From a virus (taxonomy: Duplodnaviria > Caudoviricetes), in the IMG/VR virus record IMGVR_UViG_3300035136_000050, positions 1-57,599 of that record: a stretch of 57,599 nt of DNA; one strand, written 5' to 3'. Positions 1 through 10,833 of the stretch are shown here, one piece after another. Both the position numbers and the translations under genes were made by a program. The number at the start of each line of letters is the position of its first letter. The first letter of the stretch is position 1. The notes under the pieces were generated by a model. The model searched no databases. It worked only from the letters and a program-made list of their open reading frames with translations, and was not told where the DNA came from.

Positions 1-10
1 GCCGTGGCGG

Positions 11-2986
11 GTGGGGGGGGGGGGGGGGGCGGCGGCGAAGGTGGCCGGGGATTTTGAGGCCCAGATGGCGACGTTGAGCGTAGCAGCACGTGGGTCAAGC
101 GTGTCGCTGGAAACGTTGCGCGAGGCCGCGTTAAAGACAGGCGCGGACACATCGTTGGTGGGAATATCAGCGAGTGAGAGCGCCGAAGCTATTGAGAACC
201 TTTTTAAAGCGGGCCAGGATGCAACGGATATCTTTGGCGACTTGAATGGTTATTTAGATGGCACGGCTGAATTGAGCGGTTCGTTGCGGGCGGCGATTGA
301 TTTGCAAGCGGCGAGTGAGCTGGACCTGGCACAGACGAGCGAGCTGGTGGCGATCACGATGGCGACGTTTGGGTTGGAGGCGGACGACGCGGGGCGGATC
401 GTGGATAGTTTTGTGCAGAGCGCGGACGCGAGTGTGACGAGCGTGAGCGAGCTGGGGGACGCGATGGTGAACGTGGGGCCGCTGGCGAATTCGCTGGGCT
501 GGTCGTTGGAGGACACGAACACGGCGCTGGCGATCTTGAGCGAGCGGGGGATCAGGGGGGCCGAGGCGGGGACAAACCTCAAGAGCATGATGCTCAACCT
601 CATGAAACAAACGGACCCGGTGACGGACGCGCTGCGCGAGCTGGGCGTGGCGTTGTTTGACGCCGAGGGGAACATGAAGAGCTTGCCGGTGATCCTGGGG
701 GAGCTGGAAGGGGCGATGGCGGGGGCGACGCAGGAGCAACGCTCGTATTACATCCAGACGCTGGCGGGGTCATACGGCCAGGCGGCGATGAACACGTTGT
801 TGGGCGAGGGCAGCGCGGGCTGGGCGGAGATGGAGGCGGGGATTGCGAGCGCGGCGACGGCGGCGGACGTGGCCGGGGCGCGGACGGACACGTTCCAGGG
901 CGCGATGGAGGCGTTGCAGGGGACGATTGAGACGTTGTTGATCCAGGCGGGGACGCCGCTGATCAACGATTTTTTGCGGCCAGCGGTGGAGTGGCTGTCG
1001 GAAGTTGTTGGTTGGTTTACGGCGCTGAGTCCAGAGGTGCAGCAGGCGGCGATTAAATTCGGGCTGCTGGCGGCGGGGATGGGGCCGGCGATAAGGATTG
1101 GGAGCAGTTTGATTGGGACGTTTAGCGGGCTGGCGGGGGGGGCGTTGAAGATGGGGAGCGCGTTGACGGCGGCCCCGGGCCTGATACGGGATGTGGGGGC
1201 GGGGTTCCAGTTGTTGCGGGGTGGGGAGAGCGTGTTTGCGGTGGCCAGCAGTGGCGCGGCGGGGTTGACGGCGACGATGATCCCGCTGGCGGCGGCGGTG
1301 GGGGCGGTGTATTTGACATACAAGGCGTGGTCGGAAGTGCAAGGGAAGGTGGCCGAAGGAACGGCGCAGGTGCAGGACGCCTGGGGAAATTTCTTTGATG
1401 AGCAGGTGGAGAGCGGGGCGAGCGCGTCGGAGGTGCTGGAGGCGTACAGGGAAAAGCAGGCGCTGGTACGCGAGGAGCTGGATAAGGGCGGGGTGGCGGC
1501 GGATTTGTTGATCCGCAACCAGGGGGATTTGATCAACTCGGACAGGGACCTGGCGTTGGCGGTGGCGCGGACGGCAGAGAATTACGAGGAATTTCAGGAG
1601 ATAATGGCGCAGGCGGGGGTGGAGAGCGAGATTTCGGCAGAGACATTTGAACATTTGCAGGCGGGGACGAGCGCGCTGGGGCAGTCTATGAAGGGCTTGA
1701 CGGAGCGGGTGTTGGCGGCGGGGGAGAGTTATCAAGAAATGGGAGACGACGCGGCAGCGAGCGACGAGAGGATGCTGGCATTTGCGTCTAGTGGTAGAGA
1801 GGCGGCGGCAGCGGCTCGAGACGTGGGGACGGAGGTCGAGGTCGTGGTGGGGGCGATGATGGAGGTGAGCGACATCTTGGGCGTGACGGAGAGCGCGTTC
1901 GCGGCGGTGGGGCTGGAAGGAGACGCGCTGGACACGACGATGGCGGGGCTAGAGGTGAGCCTGGGGGCGGTGAGCGCGGCGGACGCGAAATTGCAGAGCG
2001 ACGTGAACCTGGTGGCGGCGGCGTTCGCGGAGGGGACGTTGAGCGCGGCGGCGTTCAACGATTACATGGGCCAGGCGGCGGATGGGACGTTGAATTTGAG
2101 CAACGCGCAGATCGCGGGGATTTCAACAGCGATGGAACACGCGCAGGCGCAGAGAGAGGCGGCGGCGGCGGCGGACGAATACCGGCTGGCATTGCTCTCA
2201 CAGAGCGAGGCGCTGCTGGACGCGACGGCGCAGCAGGCGGCGCAGATCGCGCTGCAGGGGTTGCAAAGTAAATTCGAGGATGGGTTGTTGTCGCTGGACC
2301 AGTACGAAACAGCCGTGATCTCGGTGCAGGATACATACGGGCTGGCAACGCCACAGAGCAGGGCGTTGGCCGAGGCGATCACGGTGCTGAATGATGGTTT
2401 GGCGTCGGGGGCATACGCGCCGGAAGAGTACGCGGCGGCGGTGGAAGCGGCGCGGGCGGCGGCGGAAGGCGGGGAGGATAGTGTTGCGGGGTTGATGACG
2501 GCGGTGGAGGAGGCGGTGGGGCCACTGGGCGAGGGCCGGGACGCGGTAGATGAGATCGGGGGTAGCGCGGATGCGGCGGCAGGGAATTTTGACCGGTTGA
2601 GCGAGTCGGTGGGACGGGCGCGGGATGACCTGAACAATTTGACTGCCGATGAATGGGTTGTACGTGTGGGAACGTCGGGGACGTTACCGCCAGGGGTGGA
2701 ACCAGTACACATGGCGGTGGGGGCGTGGAACGTGGACCAGGACACGCTGGCGATTGTCCACCAGGGCGAGATGGTGGTACCGGCGGCCGAGGCGGAGATA
2801 TTGCGCGGTTTGATCTCGGCGACGCCTCCACCAGTGTTCCCGGCGGCGACGGGAGCAGGGCAGATAATAAACGATTATAGGTCCTATCCGCCAGTGAACG
2901 TTTATGTTGATCGGGTGGGGGACGACGTGGACGTGGAAGTGCTGGCGTATCGGGTGGCGCAGAGGATCCAGGAGCGGATGAGATGA
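11..2986 (+). CDS. Tape measure protein (TP901-like), main part; true start at 57304 across the join
   Basis: Ala-rich helical protein with typical TMP core (ELGDAMVNVGP, GIRGAEAGTNLKSMM); lies after tail chaperones and before distal tail genes. Confidence 0.92.
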   Translation: MGGGGGAAAKVAGDFEAQMATLSVAARGSSVSLETLREAALKTGADTSLVGISASESAEAIENLFKAGQDATDIFGDLNGYLDGTAELSGSLRAAIDLQAASELDLAQTSELVAITMATFGLEADDAGRIVDSFVQSADASVTSVSELGDAMVNVGPLANSLGWSLEDTNTALAILSERGIRGAEAGTNLKSMMLNLMKQTDPVTDALRELGVALFDAEGNMKSLPVILGELEGAMAGATQEQRSYYIQTLAGSYGQAAMNTLLGEGSAGWAEMEAGIASAATAADVAGARTDTFQGAMEALQGTIETLLIQAGTPLINDFLRPAVEWLSEVVGWFTALSPEVQQAAIKFGLLAAGMGPAIRIGSSLIGTFSGLAGGALKMGSALTAAPGLIRDVGAGFQLLRGGESVFAVASSGAAGLTATMIPLAAAVGAVYLTYKAWSEVQGKVAEGTAQVQDAWGNFFDEQVESGASASEVLEAYREKQALVREELDKGGVAADLLIRNQGDLINSDRDLALAVARTAENYEEFQEIMAQAGVESEISAETFEHLQAGTSALGQSMKGLTERVLAAGESYQEMGDDAAASDERMLAFASSGREAAAAARDVGTEVEVVVGAMMEVSDILGVTESAFAAVGLEGDALDTTMAGLEVSLGAVSAADAKLQSDVNLVAAAFAEGTLSAAAFNDYMGQAADGTLNLSNAQIAGISTAMEHAQAQREAAAAADEYRLALLSQSEALLDATAQQAAQIALQGLQSKFEDGLLSLDQYETAVISVQDTYGLATPQSRALAEAITVLNDGLASGAYAPEEYAAAVEAARAAAEGGEDSVAGLMTAVEEAVGPLGEGRDAVDEIGGSADAAAGNFDRLSESVGRARDDLNNLTADEWVVRVGTSGTLPPGVEPVHMAVGAWNVDQDTLAIVHQGEMVVPAAEAEILRGLISATPPPVFPAATGAGQIINDYRSYPPVNVYVDRVGDDVDVEVLAYRVAQRIQERMR
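28..153. repeat. Terminal direct repeat (assembly overlap), left copy; circular genome
   Basis: 126 bp identical to 57474-57599; the tape-measure ORF reads through the join. Confidence 0.95.
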
Positions 2987-3026
2987 TGGGATATTGGGGC
3001 TTGGGGCCTGGGGCCAGGAGCGGGTT

Positions 3027-4427
3027 ATGATATTGCGACTGACGGACGGGACGACGACGGTGAATCTGACGGGTGGGGCAATCTCGCTGGCTGAACCGTA
3101 TATGCCGGCCGCGCCGGACGTGAGCACGGTGGAGTTTGTGGCGGAGAGCCAGGAGGACGGGGGGGAGTTGTTCGAGATCACCCGGCGGAACGTTACAGAG
3201 AGCGCGCTGGTGACGGTGACGGGGGCGACGGTGAGCACGGTGCAGGGGCTGGTGAATGGCATCGAGGAGCTGTTCAAGCAGGCCGAGGAACATCAACGGC
3301 GGGGAGTGGGGAGCAGGGTGTGGGTGGAATACCGGCCAGGATCGTCGGGGGATACGTATCGGTCTGAGATTTTATATGGGAAGGTGGAGCCGGTTGGAGA
3401 GACGGGACGGGCGGCGAATTGGGCGGACGTGGCGATACAGGCGCGGGTGATCTGGCGGCGGCGGTTTTATTGGGAGGGGAGCCTGACGGAGCTGGCGCTG
3501 ACGAACGGGGGGGGGAGCGGCACGGGGGGACGGACGATTTATAACCATGATGATGGTGGAACGGGGCACGATAATTACGTGGCGATTGACGGGGACGATG
3601 TAGAGGGGGTGTTGCCCGCGCCGATCCGGCTGGAGTTGTCGAACACGTACAACGTGTCGGAGAGGGATTATTGGCTCTACGTTAATTTGAATGCGTTTTC
3701 GTACCCGGGGTCATTGGACCACATTTTGGAGGCCGAGGACGCGGCGTACACGCTGGGCAGCACGGTGGCGAGCGGGGTGAGCAGTAACGGGGAATACGAA
3801 ACGCTGAGCTGGGGGACGGATAACGAGACGCTCCTGGTGCGCTGGGCGCTCTCGACGTCGCTGTTGAGCGCGTGCGCGGGGAACTATTTTAGATTACTGG
3901 CGCGGTTTACGGGGAATCCCACGGCGGGGATAAAAATCACGCCTAAAATTACGTTCCCAACGGGAACGCCGATCACGGTGGTGGGGGAGAGCCAGGAGGC
4001 GACGTTGAACACGCGGGAACTCCAAGACCTGGGGGCGTTGCAGATTCCGCCGTGGTTGGTGGGGGAGACGAGCCTGATGGGGCTGGATTTGTGCCTGTAT
4101 GGGCGCAACGAGGGGGGCGGCTCACTGAACCTGGATTTTGTGCAGTTGACGGCGCTGGATGGGTGGCGGCGGCTGGTTCCCAGGGGGTACGGAGCGCCTT
4201 ATGGGTATCGTGTGGTAGACGACGGCCTTGAGGGGAATTTGAGGATTGACACGGGGGGGAGCAGCGCGCGGGCGGGGTATTATATTGGGTATGGGCGACA
4301 GATTCACGTGTGGCCGGGGCGGGATCAGAGGATTCATGTGCTGGCAGCAAACGACGGGGGGGACTCGGAGATTGCGCGGACACACTCGGTGCGGGCGTAT
4401 TATAGGCCGAGGAAGTTGACGGTGTAG
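3027..4427 (+). CDS. Tail protein (distal-tail position)
   Basis: Directly follows TMP; beta-rich; ATG at 3027 after heptamer repeats. Confidence 0.65.
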   Translation: MILRLTDGTTTVNLTGGAISLAEPYMPAAPDVSTVEFVAESQEDGGELFEITRRNVTESALVTVTGATVSTVQGLVNGIEELFKQAEEHQRRGVGSRVWVEYRPGSSGDTYRSEILYGKVEPVGETGRAANWADVAIQARVIWRRRFYWEGSLTELALTNGGGSGTGGRTIYNHDDGGTGHDNYVAIDGDDVEGVLPAPIRLELSNTYNVSERDYWLYVNLNAFSYPGSLDHILEAEDAAYTLGSTVASGVSSNGEYETLSWGTDNETLLVRWALSTSLLSACAGNYFRLLARFTGNPTAGIKITPKITFPTGTPITVVGESQEATLNTRELQDLGALQIPPWLVGETSLMGLDLCLYGRNEGGGSLNLDFVQLTALDGWRRLVPRGYGAPYGYRVVDDGLEGNLRIDTGGSSARAGYYIGYGRQIHVWPGRDQRIHVLAANDGGDSEIARTHSVRAYYRPRKLTV

Positions 4428-4457
4428 TGGGGAAGTAGGGAGTAGGGAGTAGGTCAA

Positions 4458-6239
4458 GTGAGGATTGGGGTTGAGTTTGAGAAGCGGGATTTTTCGGCTC
4501 CGTTGACGTTTCCGAATTTGCGGTTTGAGGTGAACCGATACTCGCACGCGGCGATGGGGGGGCCGGAGGCGGCGAGTTTGACGGCTTATGGAAATGAGAT
4601 GGCATTGTGGGAGTTGTTGGAGTGGCTGCGAGCGCCGGTGTATTTGATTGACGAGACGGGAGAGCGGGTGTGGTGGGGAATGGTGAGCGAGGTGTCGGTG
4701 AGGGTGGGGGCGATTGCGATTGGGTTGTCGCTGGACCGGATGAGCAACAGGGTGGCGGTGGCGTATTCATACGTGGCCCCGGGGTCGTCGTCGGTAGGGA
4801 CGAGGGCGACGACGGACTGGGCACAGGACGACGATAGCGTGAGTGCGTACGGGACGCTGGAGTTGTTGTCGAGCGTGAGCGGGGCGACGACGGAGCTGGC
4901 CGAGACGGCGCGGGATAGGATATTGGCGGCGCAAAAGTATCCTGTCCCCACGCTGCGAGCGACGCCGGGGAGGGGGAGCTTGAGCGCGACGTTGAGTTGC
5001 CGGGGGTGGTGGGACACGTTGGATTGGAAGTATTACGCGCAACTGGCGGGGCTGGAGAGCCACGAGGACGGGAGCGCGAGCCAGGCGGTGGGTGAGACGA
5101 CGGATAACGAGGAAGCGGCACAGAGCGTGTCGCTGGCGGTGGACACGAGCTGGGAAGCCTCGCGGATTTGGGTGAAGGTGGGGAAAGAGGGCAGCCCAAT
5201 AGACACGTTTTACGTGCAGCTTTATAGCGACGTGGCGGGAGCGCCGGGGGCGCTGCTGGCGACGGGGAGCGCAGCGGGGAGCGCGATTGAGAGCAGCGCA
5301 ACGTGGACGGAGTTTGAGTTGGACGTGGCGGTGACGGTGGAGTATGGGACGACGTATTGGATCAAACTCTCCCGGAGCGGGGCGGTGGATGCGAGTAATT
5401 ATTACACGGTGACGGTGGACGAGGACCTGGGGTATAGCGGGGGAGTGTTCAGGACGTGGAACGGGGCGAGCTGGACGATTAGGAACGTGGTGACGGACGA
5501 GGACGTGACGAGCGATGAAGAGGCGTGGGTGAACCTGGATGGGGAGAGCATTACGGCGGGGTCGGTGGTGGTGGAGCCGGACGGGGGTGGGACGCCGTTC
5601 GTGGAGAACACGGATTATACGATTGATTATGACGGGGGGCGGCTATACACGCTGGCGGCAGGTTCGATTGGGGATGGAACGGCGCTAGACGTGAGTTACA
5701 CATACGGCGACGCGGACCTGGCGTTCAAACTGGCCGGGGTGTGGGAGACGACGCGGCAGATTGAGGAGGCGATTGACGCCGAGGCGGAGTTTATCACGGG
5801 GGTGGACCTGGTGGACGAGAGCGGGGTATGGTCGTCGCAGTACCGGAGCGGGGACGCGACGCTGGCGCAGGTGGTGAAGGAGTTGTTGGAGGCGGGGACG
5901 AGCAATGGTCTGCGATTGCTGGCGACGGTGACGCGGGAGCGAGAATTGAAAATCTACGAGGAACCGGAGGCGGATGACGTGGACGACGCGACGCTGTTCC
6001 TCAAGACTAACGGGCAGGTGGAGAGCCGGTTTGGGCGGCGCGTGAGCCACGAGTGCCCGGCGGGGGAGTGGTGCGCGTTGAAGGATGTTCTTCCGCCGAC
6101 GCTGGACGCGGGGTTGATGGCGGACCCGTCGTTGTTTTTTGTGGAGCGGGCAGAGTACGCGCCGGGGGAGGGGACGCTGGTGTTGGAGCCGCGAGGGGCG
6201 CGGAGTGTGTGGGAGATCGCGGGGATTGAGAAGGGGTAG
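4458..6239 (+). CDS. Tail tip/hub-type protein with inserted beta domains
   Basis: Synteny TMP-Dit-Tal; beta-rich insert; ends just before site A. Confidence 0.6.
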   Translation: MRIGVEFEKRDFSAPLTFPNLRFEVNRYSHAAMGGPEAASLTAYGNEMALWELLEWLRAPVYLIDETGERVWWGMVSEVSVRVGAIAIGLSLDRMSNRVAVAYSYVAPGSSSVGTRATTDWAQDDDSVSAYGTLELLSSVSGATTELAETARDRILAAQKYPVPTLRATPGRGSLSATLSCRGWWDTLDWKYYAQLAGLESHEDGSASQAVGETTDNEEAAQSVSLAVDTSWEASRIWVKVGKEGSPIDTFYVQLYSDVAGAPGALLATGSAAGSAIESSATWTEFELDVAVTVEYGTTYWIKLSRSGAVDASNYYTVTVDEDLGYSGGVFRTWNGASWTIRNVVTDEDVTSDEEAWVNLDGESITAGSVVVEPDGGGTPFVENTDYTIDYDGGRLYTLAAGSIGDGTALDVSYTYGDADLAFKLAGVWETTRQIEEAIDAEAEFITGVDLVDESGVWSSQYRSGDATLAQVVKELLEAGTSNGLRLLATVTRERELKIYEEPEADDVDDATLFLKTNGQVESRFGRRVSHECPAGEWCALKDVLPPTLDAGLMADPSLFFVERAEYAPGEGTLVLEPRGARSVWEIAGIEKG

Positions 6240-6262
6240 GGGATATTGGGGATTGGGTATTA

Positions 6263-6289
6263 GGGTACGTAAGCTGTTGTTATGTGCGC
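6263..6289 (+). other. dif/lox-like site A
   Basis: GGGTACGTAA-GCTGTTG-TTATGTGCGC. Confidence 0.8.
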
Positions 6290-6322
6290 AGACCCTAAAG
6301 GTCTAACAGACCTTTAGGGTCT
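6290..6322. repeat. Nested palindrome (REP-like)
   Basis: AGACCCTAAAGGTCT-AAC-AGACCTTTAGGGTCT; relatives at 37396, 43389, 56961, 57194. Confidence 0.85.
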
Positions 6323-6333
6323 AGGAGTGAGAG

Positions 6334-9300
6334 ATGAGGATATCGGAATTGCAGGAGATGTTAAAGCCATACGTGGTGGGGTGGATTAGCGAGGCGGGGG
6401 GCGGGGAGGGGCCGTTTGCGCCGAGTCCACACGATTTGGGGGGGGCGCATCACACGGGGAGCCTGGCGACGGCGCAGTACCCTGACGCGATTTTGAGGGA
6501 CGGGAGCCGGAGCCTGACGGGGAATTTGAGCGTGGGGAGCGGGGTGACGATAGATGGGGTGGATATTAGCGCGTTGGAGAGTGATTTTGAGGCGCACGAG
6601 CTGGCGACGGCGATGGCGGGGCATAGCGGGATTGGAGAGCACGATCACGAGGACGCGGCGGGGGGCGGGCAGCTCGACCACGGGCTGGCGCTGACGGGGC
6701 TGGGGGATGACGACCACACGCAATATTTGAACACGGCGCGGCACCTGGCGATTGGGGACGCCTCGCCGCACCACGCGGCGGCGACGGCGGGGGATGGGAT
6801 CGCGGTGACGGGGCAGCAGGTGGCGGTGGACCTGGCGACTAATTCGCTATTGGAGTTTAGCAGCGGCGGGGATTTGAGAGTGTCGGCGGCGGCGGCGGGG
6901 GATGGATTGACAGGAGGCGGGGGAGTTGCGTTGGCGGTGGACCTGCACGGGACGTGGAGCGGGTTGGAGATCAGCAGCGCGCAGTTGCGGGTGGACCAAG
7001 ACGCGGTGTTCACGTGGACGCACTTGCATACGTTCAACGCGGGGATTGACGTGGATGGAACGTTGGAATTCCAGGGTGCGGAGCAGATCACGACGACGTC
7101 GGGCAATTTGACGATTTTGCCGGTGGGGGATTTGGTATTGTCGCCGGCGGGGGAGGATGTGCGGCCCGGGACCACAGTGGGAGTGGACCTGGGAGAGTAC
7201 AATTATAAATGGCGGACGTTGTACGCGGCGGAATTGTACGTGGAGACCCTTGTTGCCCAGGATGTGATGGCCACGATTGGGGGACGGATATTGGTTGCAC
7301 CCACAACGAAATTGACGGCGGCAATGACAAATGTGCAAAATTTTATTTATGTGGAACACAATAATTTGGCGGTGGATGATTATGTGATGTTGGAGTCTGC
7401 CCCGGGGGGGGTGGCACAATTTGAGATTATGCAGATTCTAACGGATCCCTCGCCAGCCGGACCGCCATTTTTGTATACAGTGAGTCGAGATGAGGATGGG
7501 ACTGGAGCAAATACGTGGCAGAGTGGGGACGCGGTGGCGAACCTGGGGTATGCGGTGGGAGAGGGGTATTTGGAGTTGACGAGCACCTCGACGGTACACA
7601 CGGACCTGGGGCCGAACATGACGATTTATGCGAGAACGGGGACGGCGAACTGGGACGACGTGGCGGCGACGGTGGCGGTGGGGAACCTGGAGAGTTTTTT
7701 GGATTATTCAGCGGCTGAGTTTGGGGTGGCGGCAGGGGATGATTTGAGTTTGAATCCGGCGGCGGGCGGGGTTTCGGGATTTTCGATTGATCGAACGAAT
7801 GGGTTGAGGTTGTGGAACACGGGGGTGAAATTGTACGATGGGTCCGATTTGCGGATAGAGATGGACCCGACGGCGACGGGGACGGATGCGATGTTTTGGG
7901 CGGGGCCGTCATCGAGTGATAAGCGGTTTGTGGTGACTGGGGATGGGGACGTGTGGCTCTCGACGCTGGCGATTAGCGAGGGGATGGGGGAGTGGTTGTT
8001 TAGCCAGGCGGATGGGCTGTTGTTGCTGGGGCAGCCGCTGAAGGTGCTGAAAGAGGGTGGTGTCAATTACTGGGGAGGGACGAGGGGAGAGCGGGCGACG
8101 GTGAGTGGGGCGCTGCACACGGAGCAGGGGAGGTGGACGGGGAGCCGGGGAGTGGTGGTGGAGGAGGCTACGACTAATTTATGCACAAATCCCAGTTTTG
8201 AGATAGGGACGACTGGATGGGGTACAGGAGGATCAAATACAATTGCATCCTCGACGGTGTGGTCTATGCGAGGTAATCGCTCACTGAAATGCACATATCA
8301 GGATAATACTGTATTGGCGAGTGATTCGATTACAGTTCCTGCGGCAGGAGATTATACTCTGACTGCCTGGGTGTACGTGCCGCAGGATTGGGATGGTGGA
8401 ATTATATATTTATCGGATTCCGGTTTTACCGGTGCAACTAGAGAATATAGAGCGATTAGTGCGGATGTGATGGGGCAGTGGGTGAGGATAGAAACTGGCG
8501 TAACTGTAGATGCGGGCGACTTGAGTGGATCGTTTAGGGTGAATACAAATTCAGCGCCTTCAGCAGGTAAATTTATCTATGTGGACGCTGTGATGTGGGA
8601 GCAGTTGGATCATGCGACTAGCTATTGTGATGGAGACCAGGGGGATGGGTATGCCTGGAGCGGGACGGTGCATGCGAGCACGAGCGCGCGGACGGCGACC
8701 GGTGTGAATCTGGATGCGCTTGTGGGGCTGATTAGCGGAAACGATGCAATGAGTATTGTGGCGTGGGTACAGATGCCTTACGATTATGATGCCACATGGC
8801 CACATAGTACGAGTGTTTATGTAATGGATGCGTATGATGTGGCTGGACGCATCATTATGGAGTATCGAGCTGCAAACAATGTTTTCAGGGTGTTTAATGG
8901 GACAACATGGGTTGCCGCAAGCGAAATTCAATTTTCGGCGGGGGATTGGTTGTGTTTGGCATATACATTGGATTATGGCAATGATGAGTACTATTTGTAT
9001 TGTAATGGTGAATTGGTAGCATCTGATATTACTGCGGCATTGGCTGGAACGTTGTCGCAGTGGCGGCTAGGGAGCCGTTATTCGGGTAGCCAGATTGGCA
9101 ATTTTACGTTTGCAGAGTTTGCGACATTTGATCGGGTGCTCACGGCGGACGAGGTGGCGGGGATGTACGCGGGGCAGAGGCCGCTGGTGGACGGGGGGGC
9201 GATTGAGCGGCCTGGGATTTACATTCTGGATGGGGAATTCAGGTTGCAGTCGTCACAGACGGGCCAGCGGGTGGAGATGCTGCCAGAGGGGATTGGGATT

Positions 9301-9969
9301 TACGACGAGACGGGGTACACGGGGGTGGCGAGGCTGCTGGGGGGGCGGGTGGACACGACGGGGAAGACGCTGGACGCGGAAGGGGACGCGCTGGGATGGT
9401 TTGGGTATGACGGGGATGATGCTCTCCAGGTGGCGTGGTACGCGGCGGGGGACGACGCGGGGAAGATCGTGGCGGGAAGCGGGGCGCTTTGGCTGGATGA
9501 GGATGGAATTTCGATTGAGATAGGGTCCAGCAAAGCGAACGGCCGCGCCTATAAGTTTTTGGATAGCAGCGGCAACGTCGTGTCGGGGATATTTGGCTAC
9601 CTAGGGGTGCATAACGTTGTAGACATAGATGTTGAGCCAGTAGCATCTAAACAATCTGATCTGAATTTGACAGCCTCGGGAGGGTCTGGGGGATATTATG
9701 GCAGGATAGTTTTGAAGGCCGAGAGCGATGGAGATGCTGATACGGCTGAATTGGAAATTTACAGCGATGGTATATCCAGGTATGTGGATTCAAATGTGTC
9801 GATCATTTGTGATGATGATTTTCGGAGCGGGGGCGGTCTGGTCGTGGGCAACGCGAGTGTGAATCCGAATGCTGAGCAAATTCATTTTGGCTCGGCGACG
9901 TATAGGCTGAGGCGAAATGGGACGCACATCGAGTGGTACAATGGCGCTAGTTGGGTGCAGTTGGATTAG
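6334..9969 (+). CDS. Tail fibre/receptor-binding protein with CBM-like and LamG-like domains
   Basis: 1211 aa; TNLCTNPSFE CBM-type start; YLYCNGELV...FDRVLTADEV LamG-type end; mosaic base composition. Confidence 0.78.
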   Translation: MRISELQEMLKPYVVGWISEAGGGEGPFAPSPHDLGGAHHTGSLATAQYPDAILRDGSRSLTGNLSVGSGVTIDGVDISALESDFEAHELATAMAGHSGIGEHDHEDAAGGGQLDHGLALTGLGDDDHTQYLNTARHLAIGDASPHHAAATAGDGIAVTGQQVAVDLATNSLLEFSSGGDLRVSAAAAGDGLTGGGGVALAVDLHGTWSGLEISSAQLRVDQDAVFTWTHLHTFNAGIDVDGTLEFQGAEQITTTSGNLTILPVGDLVLSPAGEDVRPGTTVGVDLGEYNYKWRTLYAAELYVETLVAQDVMATIGGRILVAPTTKLTAAMTNVQNFIYVEHNNLAVDDYVMLESAPGGVAQFEIMQILTDPSPAGPPFLYTVSRDEDGTGANTWQSGDAVANLGYAVGEGYLELTSTSTVHTDLGPNMTIYARTGTANWDDVAATVAVGNLESFLDYSAAEFGVAAGDDLSLNPAAGGVSGFSIDRTNGLRLWNTGVKLYDGSDLRIEMDPTATGTDAMFWAGPSSSDKRFVVTGDGDVWLSTLAISEGMGEWLFSQADGLLLLGQPLKVLKEGGVNYWGGTRGERATVSGALHTEQGRWTGSRGVVVEEATTNLCTNPSFEIGTTGWGTGGSNTIASSTVWSMRGNRSLKCTYQDNTVLASDSITVPAAGDYTLTAWVYVPQDWDGGIIYLSDSGFTGATREYRAISADVMGQWVRIETGVTVDAGDLSGSFRVNTNSAPSAGKFIYVDAVMWEQLDHATSYCDGDQGDGYAWSGTVHASTSARTATGVNLDALVGLISGNDAMSIVAWVQMPYDYDATWPHSTSVYVMDAYDVAGRIIMEYRAANNVFRVFNGTTWVAASEIQFSAGDWLCLAYTLDYGNDEYYLYCNGELVASDITAALAGTLSQWRLGSRYSGSQIGNFTFAEFATFDRVLTADEVAGMYAGQRPLVDGGAIERPGIYILDGEFRLQSSQTGQRVEMLPEGIGIYDETGYTGVARLLGGRVDTTGKTLDAEGDALGWFGYDGDDALQVAWYAAGDDAGKIVAGSGALWLDEDGISIEIGSSKANGRAYKFLDSSGNVVSGIFGYLGVHNVVDIDVEPVASKQSDLNLTASGGSGGYYGRIVLKAESDGDADTAELEIYSDGISRYVDSNVSIICDDDFRSGGGLVVGNASVNPNAEQIHFGSATYRLRRNGTHIEWYNGASWVQLD

Positions 9970-9981
9970 CTAGGAGGAGAG

Positions 9982-10365
9982 ATGAAGGCGACGGATGTTT
10001 GCACGGAGTTGAAGGCGCTGCTGGGGGTGCGGCGGAACGAGGAGATCGCGCCGGCGGTGAGGGGTCTGTTGGATAAGCGAAAGCCGCGACAACCAACGGG
10101 GGTGTTGTTGGTGTTGGACGAGGGGACGTATTATCCAACGGTAGTGGGAATGAGGCAACCAACGTTGGGCCAGGTGGAGGCGCTCCGGGAGGCGTGTTTG
10201 CATTTTTCGGAGACGCAGTTGGGGAAGATCGGGAATGTGTTGCGGGAGAGGGAGATCGAGGCGCGGGTGCGCGCGGAGTTGAGACGAGAGGCGGGGGGCG
10301 AGGGGCGGGGGGCGAGGGGCGAGGGGCGAGGGGCGAGGGGCGAGGAACACGGGTCGGCGGAGTGA
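9982..10365 (+). CDS. Hypothetical protein
   Basis: GGAGGAG RBS, ATG; C-terminus extended by GAGGGGC heptamers. Confidence 0.65.
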   Translation: MKATDVCTELKALLGVRRNEEIAPAVRGLLDKRKPRQPTGVLLVLDEGTYYPTVVGMRQPTLGQVEALREACLHFSETQLGKIGNVLREREIEARVRAELRREAGGEGRGARGEGRGARGEEHGSAE

Positions 10366-10402
10366 GTGGATTGGGGGATTAGGTATTGGATATTGGGGAT
10401 TT

Positions 10403-10438
10403 GGCCCTGGCGGCCGGGATGGCCGCCAGGGCTTTTTT
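10403..10438 (+). terminator. Intrinsic terminator between convergent operons
   Basis: GCCCTGGCGGCC-GGGAT-GGCCGCCAGGGC then T6. Confidence 0.85.
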
Positions 10439-10447
10439 GTTGGGGTA

Positions 10448-10474
10448 GGGCAGGTAATGGTTTGTTATGTGCGC
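10448..10474 (+). other. dif/lox-like site B
   Basis: GGGCAGGTAA-TGGTTTG-TTATGTGCGC; its TTA is the stop codon of the - strand gene ending at 10465. Confidence 0.85.
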
Positions 10475-10833
10475 TGGTATTTGATGCTCCAGCCGCAGGC
10501 TGGACACGCGGCCTGATTGGAGTATTTGTGGTCGCCAGCGGGCTGGTAGGCGGTGGCTCCACAGGTGGGACAGATGAGATCAATGATCTCATCCGTGTCG
10601 GCCAGCCACCAGGCTCCCCAGAGATGGCGTGGAATTCCGAGGATGGCCCAGGCCTTCTGGGCGTCCATTTTAAGGGCGGTACGCTGGATATCCTCAATGG
10701 GATAGAGGGTGTAGCGACCGATTTTGTATTCGGTCCATTTGTCGCGCTGAGCGATTTTACTGATTCGCTCGTTGGAAATTCCGAGGATGGCAGCGATTTC
10801 TTTGCGGGTGTAGTAGCCAGGGATTTGAGTCAT
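10465..10833 (-). CDS. HTH DNA-binding protein with C-terminal Zn ribbon
   Basis: YTRKEIAAILGISNERISKIA; CPTCG...CPACG; ATGA overlap with upstream gene. Confidence 0.7.
   Translation of the reverse strand: MTQIPGYYTRKEIAAILGISNERISKIAQRDKWTEYKIGRYTLYPIEDIQRTALKMDAQKAWAILGIPRHLWGAWWLADTDEIIDLICPTCGATAYQPAGDHKYSNQAACPACGWSIKYQRT

Noticed and set aside
1-27. Poly-G run giving MGGGGG start
   Set aside because: Disagrees with the clean copy near 57450-57473; contig-end artefact
6334-9969. Diversity-generating retroelement targeting the fibre
   Set aside because: No reverse transcriptase and no adenine-variant repeat pair seen
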